Positions 50,717-63,927 of a stretch of 64,000 bases of DNA are shown one piece after another (within the stretch, counting starts at the first letter, position 1; each line of letters starts with the position of its first letter). The DNA is from Octopus bimaculoides (taxonomy: Eukaryota): NCBI RefSeq assembly GCF_001194135.2, contig NC_069007.1:2261028-2325027 (forward strand), written 5' to 3'. A model generated the notes under the pieces. It was not told where the DNA came from. It saw only the letters and a program-made list of their open reading frames with translations, and made no database searches. The position numbers and the translations under genes were made by a program.

Positions 50717-51254
50717 CTCTTAACGTAATTATTTCTACACTCAAATTGATGTCAATCGTGATATATCTACAGAAATCATAAGACAAAGCCATGAATAAAC
50801 AGAAGCGAAATTAAGTGACAAATTCAATAAGAAAAAAAGTCTATACACATATATATAAATATAGATTTAAAAACATACCATTCTCTAAGTCATTTAGGAA
50901 AAATGATAAACGGTCAAATGCCAGAAAATGCAATTTTTTATAACGGTTTTATTCCAATTTGATATAAATTTTTACGTTAATCTTGTTATCTAACAACTTT
51001 CTCCTCTGCTGTTATAGACGTTGTTGTTCTTCTTCTTATTATTATTATTCTTATTCTAATTCTTGGTGGTGGTGGAGATTAGCTGTGCTACTTCCATGCC
51101 TACAGGCCAATGTTGTTCACTTTATTGTGACGCTTGTTAAATCGGAGTAAATTTTATTCGGAGACATTAACCGCGGGGCATCAAAATATAATCAACAATT
51201 TCTGCTCCGTTTACAGTTTTCCGTTTAACTTTTATCCTTTTATATTTAACTCAT

Positions 51255-51519
51255 TTCTTTCGTTGGGCTGCGGCTTTGCTGCAGCACTGTGCTGAAGGGT
51301 ATCACCGAACAAATCGACTTATTTCTTAAGGCAGATACTTATTCTATCGGTTATTTTGCCGAACCACTAGTTTATAAGGTAAGTAAACGAAACAAAAACC
51401 GGTTGTCAATGCATATATGCATGTGTATATGTATATAACTATTTATACACAGACACATACACAAAAACACACACACATGTATATATATATATATATATAT
51501 AGCTATTTGCACACGCACG

Positions 51520-51557
<38 letters not shown>

Positions 51558-51700
51558 CATACATACATAAATACACACACACATATATATATACACGACG
51601 AGTTTCTACACAGTTTCCCGTCTGCCAATTCCACTCGCAAGGCTTTAACCTGTCCGAGGCTCAATGAGAATACACTCGCGCAAAGGGTAAAGAATTCCAC
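51255..51700 (-). mobile_element. tRNA-SINE group A, diverged, with ~185-bp internal microsatellite
   Basis: 3' half 51255-51410; 5' half 51595-51700. Confidence 0.75.
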
Positions 51701-51856
51701 ATTCACAGAGTGGGTAGGTACATTTTATAGGTATATAGCATTCATTCGGATCTTTGCTATTTATTTTTCATACTCGGCTATGTTACCACCGCATTCACAG
51801 GTTTTGAGATGGTCAATTGTTACTAAATATTAGATGGAAACCGTTGTCAATCCCCG

Positions 51857-52050
51857 GGCTAGGCGGGAGGATTAACAATCTGTCGTGAACGACACGTCAG
51901 TCAGTTTCAGGGTGACACATTTACAGCTGAGTGGACTGCAGCAACGGCAAATAAAACAAATTTTACGCAAGAATAAAAGGTACCTCCTGTCTGGGAATCG
52001 AAACCACGACATGCTGATCGAATGTGGAACGCCCTAATCAGTAGTCCACG
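51857..52050 (-). mobile_element. tRNA-SINE group B
   Basis: Minus strand ..GATTAGGGCGTTCCAC..GTGGTTTCGATTCCCAGAC..GTTGCTGCAGTCCACTCAGCTG. Confidence 0.75.
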
Positions 52051-53124
52051 TATCTATACATATATATGTAAGAGGCGGCGTGTGTGTGTCAGTATGTAAT
52101 ATATNNNNNNNNNNNNNNNNNNNNNNNNNNNNNNNNNNNNNNNNNNNNNNNNNNNNNNNNNNNNNNNNNNNNNNNNNNNNNNNNNNNNNNNNNNNNNNNN
52201 NNNNNNNNNNNNNNNNNNNNNNNNNNNNNNNNNNNNNNNNNNNNNNNNNNNNNNNNNNNNNNNNNNNNNNNNNNNNNNNNNNNNNNNNNNNNNNNNNNNN
52301 NNNNNNNNNNNNNNNNNNNNNNNNNNNNNNNNNNNNNNNNNNNTATATAATATACATGTGTGTGTATACAGACGAACACACGCGCACACACACACGTATA
52401 TGTGTTCTTTAAGTCGGGGAAGGCATCTAGTTTCATTTTACTTAAATACATTTGAATACTTCATCAGCCATTTTTGCTTCAATGACAGCTCGATTCTTGT
52501 GGACCCAATTAAATTAATTTTTTCCCGGTCCTGTTATTAATTGATTTTTCTTTCGTTCATTTGCATTATCATATTATCTCCCAACACACAAGCACACACG
52601 CAATCTCGCACACACACACACGTGTCTATGTATGCATGTATGTGTGTATACATGTATGTATGCGCGCATGAAGATAGATAGATAGATAGATAAAATCGCC
52701 CTCATCGGCAGCTTTGACGTTAAAATGAGTCAGTCTCCTTTCTTATCAATGGCATATTAATTCCATCTAGGCAGCTGCTGACCAGAACAACATGGAAATT
52801 ATAAGACCATAATGGAGTGTGAAGGTGAGATGCTGACTATATTCTCTCTATTTACCTTAATTTCTTAAGTTCTACAACACACGAGTCGGCACTTCAGACG
52901 TACCTTATCTACCGTGGTTTTTGTTGTATTTCCCTTGTACACGAAGAAGATGCTAGCTCCTCGCACATTACTTATACACCTCTGGGAAAATAATTACTCT
53001 GAGTGGTTCCGTCTTATAAGCCTTCCAACCTGGCTTTCATGAGGTGAGAGAAACGGAGAGCGAGGCGAAGAATTATAGATACAAATGATTGTCTGATACA
53101 TTAATAAGATTGTAGATGCAAGAA

Positions 53125-53228
53125 TAAAATACCAATTTGTACGAGGTGGAATTTGAACTCTGTGCACACAGTTGGATTACATGCCATCAGATCACACCAT
53201 TGGATCACATACCAAATCGCCGCCTTCC
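53125..53228 (-). mobile_element. SINE group D-like head, degenerate
   Basis: Minus strand GGCGGCGATTTGG..AGAGTTCAAATTCCACCTCG. Confidence 0.5.
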
Positions 53229-53238
53229 AAGCGAAGTA

Positions 53239-53778
53239 CAAAGGTGAGTCAAGAAGTAATGCCATTTTGTTTAGGACAGGTATAATTACCAACACAGGAA
53301 CATGTATCATACATTAAAATGAAGCTGGTCCTCTGTGGATCAAATCCCTACCTCTCAATATAGTCACCGTTTCTCTCAATAGCAATGTTCCACCTTCGAA
53401 TGAGAGCATGCATCCCTGCCCCGTAAAATTCTGTTGACTGTTCTTTGAGCCACTTCTTCACTACAGTTTTGACTTCCTGGTCAATGGAATAATATTTGCC
53501 TCTAAAACATTCTTTCATGGAGCCGAAGATTAATCCAGTGACGAGGAAGTGAAAACTGTAGTGAAGAAGTGGCTCAAAGAACAGTGAACAGAATTTTACG
53601 GGTCAGGGATACATGCTCTCATTCGAAGGTGGAACATTGCTATTGAGAGAAACGGTGACAATGTTGAGAAGTAGGGATGTGATCCACAGAGGTCCAGCTT
53701 CATTTTGATGTATGATACATGTTCCTGTGTTGGTAATTATACCTGTCCTAAACAAAATTACGTTTTGACTCACCCTCG
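53239..53778. mobile_element. 540-bp fold-back mariner derivative (two 3' ends fused), TA TSD
   Basis: TA 53237-53238 and 53779-53780; ~245-bp inverted arms. The left arm in antisense encodes IFGSMKECFRGKYYSIDQEVKTVVKKWLKEQSTEFYGAGMHALIRRWNIAIERNGDYIER*, a mariner transposase C-terminus. Confidence 0.93.
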
Positions 53779-54984
53779 TAGATTGAACAACAAGCTTCCT
53801 CCGAAAGATAAGTTGTAACTGTGTTGTGCCTTTATGAAGAGTTCGAAACATTATATATTTCTATTCGTAGGAACTACTTATATAAAACAATATATTCATA
53901 TGTGAGAAATTTGAGTGGCGACTGTTGGTGCTGTAACCCACAGTTGCTTTTATAGGAAGCTAAAAATTATAATATCCACCTACTGATAGGGACTCTTTGT
54001 AACATAAATCTGTCTAAATTCAAATTGGGATAAACGTAAACAAACAAACGAAGTTTGCTTTAGAAGCGTTGAGATGTCTTAGAAAGTTAAAGAAGTGATT
54101 TTAAATTCTAAAATGCAGGATAATGTTAATAATATAGCCTGAACAGGATAAACTACCCCTATTTTGCAGAACAAAGTGTGGGCGGCCAGCCAGGGAAAAA
54201 AGAAAACAGAAAATATCAGTTCTACCTACTGAGAGAACCTACCAATATATCGTAGCTATGTTTAGATAAGAAGGTAAAATATTTGCTATACTTAACTTCA
54301 TGTATTCAGCAAAAAGGGCCTGTAAAAATTTAAGATTTTGTACAATGCGCAAAACAAGGTCGCTATGAACCAAAGAGGAGCCTCGAGGAGGTCACATCAC
54401 ATGTTAAATTACTTCGTTAAAATACGTAGCATAAATGTACTGTCCTCAGTTTAAGCTTTTTTTTTTTTTTNNNNNNNNNNTTTTTTTTTTTTTTGCTAAG
54501 GTGTAACGGCTGTTTTGTTTCTGGACACCATGAGTGACTGGGAAGCAGAAAAAATTTCTTCGGAGTAAAAACTTGTCATTCAATGAACTCTCCCTAAAGT
54601 CCCCAATCAACCAATCAATAGATGATGTTAGTGGTGGCGGTTATTGAGTTAAATTGAGTGAATTTAGTTAAGGACCATTCCCCAAAGCCTAGAATATTCT
54701 ATCTTATGTCCTTCTACACCAGTGGGCTCCGTTGATTTCTATTTCACTCTATACCCATTCGCTGTATATAAAAACAATCTTACTATATTATATAATCAAA
54801 TGTTATTAGGAATTGTATAACAAAAAATTTTAATATTTCATTCATATGGAAGTATAACATTATTGCGCATTAATTTTAGCAACAAATCTTATGATGGACC
54901 ACCAAGTGCCATACGCACTCCTGCCCGTTCCCCCAGTTTGATAACCATTGTTCTACACAATAGACATGCCTGCCTCAAAATTTC

Positions 54985-55115
54985 ACTCGCACCGCCTTGG
55001 TCCGCTATGAAGGCAATGGTAGAGAGAAGAAACTTCTCCGAGTTGCCCAGCAAAGCCTTCGAACACGAGAGCAGTATGCTTGCAAAGCGACCTCCTTAAC
55101 CACACGTCTACGCGT
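54985..55115 (-). mobile_element. tRNA-SINE group A, highly diverged 5' half
   Basis: Minus strand CGTGTGGTTAAGGAGGTCGCTTTGC..GGGCAACT..CTTCTCTCTACC..GGACCAAGGC. Confidence 0.45.
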
Positions 55116-55655
55116 TGATTCAGTCGGGTACAACATAAAACGGCTGTTTACAATTTCTAAAAAAATGACAATAATAATAATACTAAAGAAAAATATGTAA
55201 ATGTATTAATCAATAACAAATCAATAGCAGAGAGATTGAACACAATAATTCTGAGCTAAGAAATTGTGTGCATTTGGACTGATTTAATATAATGAAGTCG
55301 ACTGTACAGGACAATCTTGTGCAGTTCTAGTTATGGCTGTTTCATTTCCTATTCTCACTTCCTCATTAATACGATTATTGCAGATAATTGAATTATACTT
55401 CATTAATTAATGCAATTAACTCCGAATGTATTCGACTGTAAACAACAGTTAGAACAACAACAACAACACCAACGATTATCATCAATTTAGACTACAGAAA
55501 TCAAAAAGCACAAAACAAATAAAATTAACATATTTACTAATCGATTCACATCTGGTTGAAACCATGTATTGTGCTAAAACAGTGAAGGCGGTTATTCATA
55601 GTTGCCACTTCCACTGTTTTCGAGATACACACGCGCACACACACATGTATATATG

Positions 55656-55715
<60 letters not shown>

Positions 55716-56144
55716 ACATGAGGATGGAGGATATCAGGCTTTCATATTGCATAATTCTTCCTAAAATGGTGCAAGAAGCCTGTTTGGTTCTGGGTTTTTT
55801 CGTGACGTGAATTCCGTCGTAATACTTTCCTTAAATTTATTACTATCGTTCTTATCCATTTTGTTATGAAAGGAATATGGTTCCCGCTCCATTCTAATTA
55901 TGAATAAACTTGTTGTTTTCCGTGAGCTCTTTTAGGTATTCTTTTCTTCGTCTTTGAGTGAGGTATTCTTTGTAATCTTCTCCATATTTGGGCATCGTTC
56001 CGATAGCGATTTAAATATTGGTAGTCGTATTTATTTAATATAATTCGGGTAAAAATGAACAATACAAGGTATTTAACGCCTGTTATACTATATATGCATG
56101 TGTGTGTGTGTGTGTGTGTGTGTGCATATATGTATGGATGTATT

Positions 56145-56862
56145 TATGCAGCGATGCTGGGCACAGTCTTCAAAGAATTATTCTAACAAATCGGCACCTG
56201 TCCATATTTTTTTCAAATCTGTTACTTATTGTACTGGACACTTTTGCCGAACGTATAAGTTACGGGAGAGGCCGAGTGAGAATCGCTGACAAACACGGAA
56301 CAAACGACAAACACAAACACCTACATACATTCATGCATACAAACAAACATACATTCAGGCATATATACACACACATCGGTCTTTTACCGAACCACTAACT
56401 TACGGGAACGTAAACACACCAACTTAAGTTGTCAAGCGATGGAGGGGGCAAATAGACACGAAGACGCACACATAAATAAATAAATATATATATATATATA
56501 NNNNNNNNNNNNNNNNNNNNNNNNNNNNNNNNNNNNNNNNNNNNNNNNNNNNNNNNNNNNNNNNNNNNNNNNNNNNNNNNNNNNNNNNNNNNNNNNNNNN
56601 NNNNNNNNNNNNNNNNNNNNNNNNNNNNNNNNNNNNNNNNNNNNNNNNNNNNNNNNNNNNNNNNNNNNNNNNNNNNNNNNNNNNNNNNNNNNNNNNNNNN
56701 NNNNNNNNNNNNNNNNNNNNNNNNNNNNNNNNNNNNNNNNNNNNNNNNNNNNNNNNNNNNNNNNNNNNNNNNNNNNNNNNNNNNNNNNNNNNNNNNNNNN
56801 NNNNNNNNNNNNNNNNNNNNNNNNNNNNNNNNNNNNNNNNNNNNNNNNNNNNNNNNNNNNNN

Positions 56863-56898
<36 letters not shown>

Positions 56899-57052
56899 GA
56901 CGGACTTCTTTCAGTTTCCGTCTACCAAATCCACTCTTTGGTCGGCACGTGCCTATAGTAGAAGACATTTAACCAACGTAACATGCAGCAGGGCTGAACC
57001 CGGAACCATGTGGTTGGTAAGCAAAGCCTCTGGACTACACAGTTACGCCTGC
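56145..57052 (-). mobile_element. tRNA-SINE group A with expanded internal microsatellite/gap, plus a second 3' fragment
   Basis: 5' half 56896-57052; 3' half 56375-56470; extra 3' piece 56145-56267. Confidence 0.85.
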
Positions 57053-57079
57053 TCTTTATAGTTCATCTGATTTTACTTC

Positions 57080-57415
57080 TTTCAGCCACCGGCATGTGGC
57101 CGTGCTCTCCCGAAGTATTTAGTTGAAAAAATCGATCGCATTTAATTGCTCATAAGTTTGGTATTTGTTATATTTGATTCTTTTGTTCTACCTCTAGCTT
57201 ATGTGGACGTAAACAAACAAACAATGCTTCTCAAGTGGTGGATGGTGACAATCACAAAACAGAAAATTCATACTATATGACGCATGTCCACACAGTTTGC
57301 GTCAAACAAATATATCCAAAAGATATTTTCCGACCAGAGTCTATAGTAGAAAACAGTTGCCTAAAACCCAAAGAACTTAGTTGGGAAGCAACCTTCATAA
57401 TCATGGAGCTGTCTT
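57080..57415 (-). mobile_element. tRNA-SINE group A, old degenerate copy
   Basis: Colinear but diverged; plus strand GTGGCCGTGCT..GGACGTAAACAAAC..TATAGTAGAAAACAGTTGCC..TTGGGAAGCAA. Confidence 0.6.
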
Positions 57416-57864
57416 AACGAAGGTGTCCTTTATTTCAAGAAAGACTATGTGAGATTTGTGAGAAATCGGCTATTATTTCAAGGGGGGGAAATGTCATATA
57501 GAATTTCTCCATCGCAGAAATATGTCCACAATTTATTCCGAACAATTGTCACGGATTATACTCTATAAAACACATTTTCGACGCGTGTTTTCTGTTTTCA
57601 ACCGGAAACACGGATTAACGCTACAACGCTCTAAGCAATTTAGAATGTTGTTATACACTTCTGAAATGCATGTGTATGGTGCAACTTTGTAAAGTTATTA
57701 CACAGTTTCGAGACTACGATAAAAAATTAGATCTGAAAACTTGAAAAGCTGAGCGAAAAATTAAAAGAAAAAAACTGCTATGTAGTCACGTTCCTAACAC
57801 GATATGCATGAGAGAAGAGCCGATCTTCATTTTTGCATATATAGACTTAAATGCATACCCAAAC

Positions 57865-58094
57865 AAGCATATACATGTATACATAAATGCACACACACAC
57901 ACACACACACATATGTATATATATATGCGTATATACATATATATATATACATATACATATATATATATATGTATATATATATTTATATATAATATATATA
58001 TATATACATATATATATATATTTATATAATATATATATATATATATACATATATATACATATATATATACATATATTTATATAATATATATGTG

Positions 58095-58132
<38 letters not shown>

Positions 58133-58359
58133 AATATTTGTGTATGTATATATATAGAAAGTAATATACATCGCCATACAGACATACTTACGCCTATCTT
58201 ACATACATATGAATGTGTGTATATAGATATACATACATGCGTGCATATATATGAGAGCCTTTATATCTGTCTATCTATTTATTTATCTGTCTATCTACTT
58301 GTCTATCTATCTCTCTATCCATCTATCAGTATATATATATATGTGTGTGTATGTATGTA

Positions 58360-58410
<51 letters not shown>

Positions 58411-58421
58411 AAATATACACA

Positions 58422-58463
<42 letters not shown>

Positions 58464-58500
58464 TATACACACAGACAGGTACATACATACATGCATTCAT
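57865..58500. repeat. (CA)/(TA)/(TCTA)/(GT) compound microsatellite field
   Basis: Direct reading. Confidence 0.95.
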
Positions 58501-58794
58501 AGGCAGATAATGAGAAACATATATAGCATGCTGCATACATGAATTCTAAAAGTTCCTTCGATTTTTCTAAGACATCTTCTACAGTCACGTTCACCGCATG
58601 ACTTGTTCTACACGCATGCATGCAAGTATTCGCGGACACGCAATTACACGTATATACAAACCAGGCTAAATACATATGCAAAGCCATATTTACAAGCAGA
58701 CACACACACATGCACTCACACACACACACACACACACCAGCACACGAATATACGAATATATCCCCACACATATGTATGCCACACATACGTAAGT

Positions 58795-58898
<104 letters not shown>

Positions 58899-59089
58899 AT
58901 GTGTGGTGTGAATAAATATTTTCCACCGTCGGAGTGTATGAGACCTAGTGACTACAAACCTAGCAAGGCAACAAGGTCATAGGTTCGAACTGGTTGCGCT
59001 GCAACACGGATTTGAATAATGGCCGCGGTGCGATTTTTTCCTGTAGATGATTAATCATTGTGTGGATGCACTTACGTCAGCGCATATAT

Positions 59090-59376
59090 TGTTTTATTCT
59101 TTGGCTTAAGTCATTTGACTGCGGCCATGGTGGAGCACCACCTTCAAGGAAAATTACATTCTCTGGTCATGACGCTCAAAAGGGCCCCTTTCCTGGTTTC
59201 ATAGCGCATGTATTCCCCACATGGAGAGGAAGTCGGTCCGTCGCAGGATTAATCATTGTTGTCAGCTGAGAGGACAGGAGCAACATGAAACGAAATGTTT
59301 TACTCAAGAACACAACACGTTGCCCGATCCAGGAATCGAAACCACAATCTTACGATCATAAGCCCACACCATAAAC
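59090..59376 (-). mobile_element. tRNA-SINE group B, near full length, tail shared with group A
   Basis: Head GGCTTAGTGTTTATGG..GTGGTTTCGATTCCTGGA..GTGTTGTGTTCTTGAG; tail GGTGCTCCACCATGGCCGCAGTCAAATGACT. Confidence 0.85.
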
Positions 59377-59562
59377 ACTAAGCCCCACCATGAGACACAA
59401 ACGCACAAATGTACATATAGGAATACATGACTAGCTAGATAGATAGATAGACAGGCGGGCAGGCAAGCAGACAGAAAGACGGACAGAAAAACAGTGGCGG
59501 AGAAAAAGACAAACAGAAACACACAAACACACGCGCCCACACACACACACACACACACACAT

Positions 59563-59720
59563 ACGACTGGATTCTTTCAGTTTCCCTCAATAAATTCGCT
59601 CATAGCGCCTTGGTTCGCCCAGGGATATAGTTACTTAAACTCGCCCCAGCCGCTACGGACTAAGATTGAACCTGAAACCGGATTGTTGGAAAGCAAACGT
59701 CTTACCAGAGAAACGCCTAC
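59563..59720 (-). mobile_element. tRNA-SINE group A, diverged 5' half
   Basis: Minus strand TGGTAAGACGTTTGCTTTCCAAC..GGTTTCAGGTTCAAT..GGAAACTGAAAGAATCCAGTCG. Confidence 0.7.
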
Positions 59721-60250
59721 ATGAATTTATATATATANNNNNNNNNNNNNNNNNNNNNNNNNNNNNNNNNNNNNNNNNNNNNNNNNNNNNNNNNNNNNNN
59801 NNNNNNNNNNNNNNNNNNNNNNNNNNNNNNNNNNNNNNNNNNNNNNNNNNNNNNNNNNNNNNNNNNNNNNNNNNNNNNNNNNNNNNNNNNNNNNNNNNNN
59901 NNNNNNNNNNNNNNNNNNNNNNNNNNNNNNNNNNNNNNNNNNNNNNNNNNNNNNNNNNNNNNNNNNNNNNNNNNNNNNNNNNNNNNNNNNNNNNNNNNNN
60001 NNNNNNNNNNNNNNNNNNNNNNNNNNNNNNNNNNNNNNNNNNNNNNNNNNNNNNNNNNNNNNNNNNNNNNNNNNNNNNNNNNNNNNNNNNNNNNNNNNNN
60101 NNNNNNNNNNNNNNNNNNNNNNNNNNNNNNNNNNNNNNNNNNNNNNNNNNNNNNNNNNNNNNNNNNNNNNNNNNNNNNNNNNNNNNNNNNNNNNNNNNNN
60201 NNNNNNNNNNNNNNNNNNNNNNNNNNNNNNNNNNNNNNNNNNNNNNNNNN

Positions 60251-60306
<56 letters not shown>

Positions 60307-60867
60307 GTCCATATATTCATAAATATATATATGTATGCATATCACATAATGAATGAGTAATAATGTTGTACCCTTTGAGGAAGTTAATAATTCCACGAGT
60401 CGCAGAAAGAAAGAAAAAAATGAAACGTAACAAGCTCGACGAATATTCTGACAGGTGTTAAACGAAGGAAATGGACTAACTCGGTGTATTAATATTTGAT
60501 ATGTGCCAGGAAATTTGCACATCTTCAATCCAACATTTCCAGGTCTCTTTTGGCACAATAGCCGAATGTATATGCGTGTGCGTGTGTAAGTGTGTTGTAT
60601 GTATGCGTGTGCTTGTAGGAGTGTGAGAGTATATGCGTGCAGGTGCATTTTACGCATATTTAAGAAAAGGGAAACGAAAGAGAGAAAGAGAGAGAGAGAA
60701 AGAGAGAGAAATGGGACAATATTGTATATTGAAAGATATTTATTGTAAGTAGTAAATGACTGCTCCATGTATTCAAATATTAAGTTTATTTAGAATTGAA
60801 GATTTTCATCTACATCATATTTTGTATACTCTTATCGAATTGCGGATATATTCCAAAATTATCTATA

Positions 60868-60910
<43 letters not shown>

Positions 60911-61249
60911 GCATTGTGTGTGTGTGTGGATGTTGGCGCGCATGTATTTTGTGTGCGATATATGTGTTAGAGGATGCGTGTGTTAACGTGCGTGTGTGCT
61001 TTTATATATATACATATGTCTTTATCTATACTTACCTATCTAAGATTACGCATGTAACTCCATATATACAGAGGCGATGGGTAAATTGCCACCATTCTAT
61101 ATTTTTAATTTTGTGCATGCGCATTTTTTGATTTTGATTTTTCGACTACACACTATAGTAGAGTCAATTTAGCACCGTCTTTGACAAAAACAGCACCATG
61201 ACGCAATTCACGCAGCCAAAAATTTGGAAATGACATGCCGTACTGCTTG

Positions 61250-61548
61250 GAATTTGCGCTGGAAACTCCAATACCAACATTTCAGAGAGACTGGGTATCT
61301 ATCTGAGGGCATGTACCGAGAGCAATATAAATCAAACATCCAGAAAACATCATGGTGTTTGGAGTGATCACTAGTGATGGTGACGTTATGCGTCCATTCA
61401 ACTTCTAACACGGCCTCAGTTTCATCATGGAAGCCTACATCAAGTTCCTGAAGGAGGTAGTGGTGCCTTGGATAAAGAGGGCGGCTGCTGGAAGAGCCTA
61501 TAGACATAGGCAACAGGATTCTGCACCATGCCACACAATTTCTAGCAA
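61250..61548 (+). mobile_element. Tc1/mariner (maT/DD37D-like) transposase fragment
   Basis: IKHPENIMVFGVITSDGDVMRPFNF*HGLSFIMEAYIKFLKEVVVPWIKRAAAGRAYRHRQQDSAPCHT; QQDSAPCH is the second catalytic-Asp block. Confidence 0.85.
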
Positions 61549-61581
61549 TTGCCGGTACTAATTTGTGCTCTTGTATATTTC

Positions 61582-61663
<82 letters not shown>
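61582..61663. repeat. (TA)n
   Basis: Direct reading. Confidence 0.98.
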
Positions 61664-61665
<2 letters not shown>

Positions 61666-61700
61666 GTAAATATAATATGTGACAATTATTCGGTAGCCAT

Positions 61701-61761
61701 GATAAAACTCCGAGTTTCGGATGTCGGGGCAGAAACCCAAGCTGGCAGCTGTTCAGTTATC
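61701..61761 (-). ncRNA. Minimal type-I hammerhead motif, third family, core-mutated (G8>C)
   Basis: Minus strand: GATAA / CTGAACA / GCTG..CATC C / GAAA / CTCGGAG / T T / TTATC; perfect 5-bp stem I. Confidence 0.6.
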
Positions 61762-63535
61762 GGGCCATCGAATAAATGCTATGAAGATGACCATTAAAAC
61801 AAAGGAAAATTACTGTGTGGTTGACCGTTATTAAGACAAAAGAGCTATTAGAATGACCACTAAATAAGGGGAGGGAGTAAAGGTAAAGGAGTATAAATGT
61901 TCATAGTAATCGCGTAAGCACGCATGTCCATACATACACAGGCGCAACCACAAACCCACGTACATACGTCTATATGTATATACTTATTCACCCTCACTTG
62001 AAACACACACATGCTCAGCTACACATTCGCCGAAAAAATATATTCCTGCAGATACGCTCGCACACACACGCGCACACAGAAAAGGAAGAAGATATTTGGT
62101 TAAAAAGAATTTTGGTTTGAAAAAATGTCGAAGGCTTCCGGCGTAATTAAATTTGCATCCAGATCCCTTTGCTTCACGGTTGATATTTTCATCTTTATGA
62201 GGTTTCAACTCAAGTTTGTCTGTTCGAAAAAATTGTTTCCAGCAACAAGTATTGATTCCATTTTCAAAGAGAAGAGACGTTCACACTTGATATGAGAAAG
62301 CTCGGTTTTTGCATAAAAACCGGTAAGATGTCAGAATTATGTAGACTTTAGAAGTTTATTAAATTTAATATTTTACACAGCATATTATTAAATTCCTGTA
62401 ATACACACAACTTTTACCATAAATAATCTAATTTCGGTGCAAAAACCTTATTCCAGCACATATATACTTCCTATTTCAATATAGACATAAACTTGCACAA
62501 ATATATTGCAACTTATTGTGGGAGTAGAAAGACGTATTCAGATTCATAAGAGTTCTTTAAAATTCATATACAACCATATTGAGGGATATTTTAGTTAATT
62601 CGTTGTATGCAGACATGCCTAATCGCATGCAAGAAGGTTCCATTGCAACATGAATTAGGATTGTCACTTTGCACGACACTTTGAACGAATGATATCTACT
62701 ATTTAGACTCCAGACTGACCAATGTATTCAGAACGAATTGGGTAGACAAAATGAATCGCTTTATACATTTTATATATATATATATAATATTAGGGACAAA
62801 ATCCAAAATTACAGGTAAAAACTATATATTATATATATATATATATATATTATATAAATATAATCTATTTATCGGTTAAGGTTACCATTGGTTATATATT
62901 AAGCGATAAATCCCTTAACAATTATCAACCCTACTACATGGAAGATCGCTGTTCGTCCCTACCTTCAATTAAAGCACAATAAAGTCACGCGAGTGATTCC
63001 TTTCACAAGAGGAAAAATAATGGGAGGCTTCACCCATAAATAGGAGTTGTATTCACCATATAATTTTTTTTTCATAGCAAAACACGATTAAAATTAATTT
63101 AATATTTTTATGAGTGAAATACATTATTTCATAATTCAAAAGTTGATAACAAAACACTACATACTCATTAATACATCGCCACTACAACTTATAATATTAA
63201 TTTACCAGTGACTAATATACACTTAAATTTCATTAAATAGGAACTAATAAAGTGATTGTAATAAACTAATATAAATCTTGCTATGTTTAAAGCTAATAAA
63301 TCCGTTTAAAAGATAATAAAGCTGTTTAAAAGACCATAAAACTTCAAGTATTAACACTTGCATGTTTAATCAGACACGCAGCTTCCTCACCAAGAATTTA
63401 CATATAAGTCGGAAGATGGAATATACAATGTTTTTTTTTTTTATTATTAATAATCACGACAGTTGTTTCGACACATCTAGCATCGATCCTTCACGAGTGG
63501 GACATTAACAATTGGCTCATGTGTATATTCACTGA

Positions 63536-63590
<55 letters not shown>

Positions 63591-63924
63591 GCATACATAC
63601 ATATATATATTGCCTGTATACATACGTAAATATTCATATGTATATACTTAGTAGTATATCTACATAAATTCATGAATGCACACATACGGCGCTGTATATA
63701 CACCGAAACACATTTTTGTATACATATATATGAATATTATTACGTACATGTATGGAGACATACGTACACACATGCCAAGAGGCGTAAATGCTTCCAAAAA
63801 TCCATAAATATTCATAGACATATTTACTTATAAGTATATACATAAATATATAATGACACACATGCGTAGAAACTTCTTCACCTACACATGTACATATATA
63901 TACATGCAAACCATCACCTATATA

Positions 63925-63927
63925 TAA

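Noticed and set aside
59049-59259. 13-bp direct repeat GATTAATCATTGT as a TSD
   Set aside because: The SINE B copy runs through the right-hand repeat, so it does not delimit an insertion.
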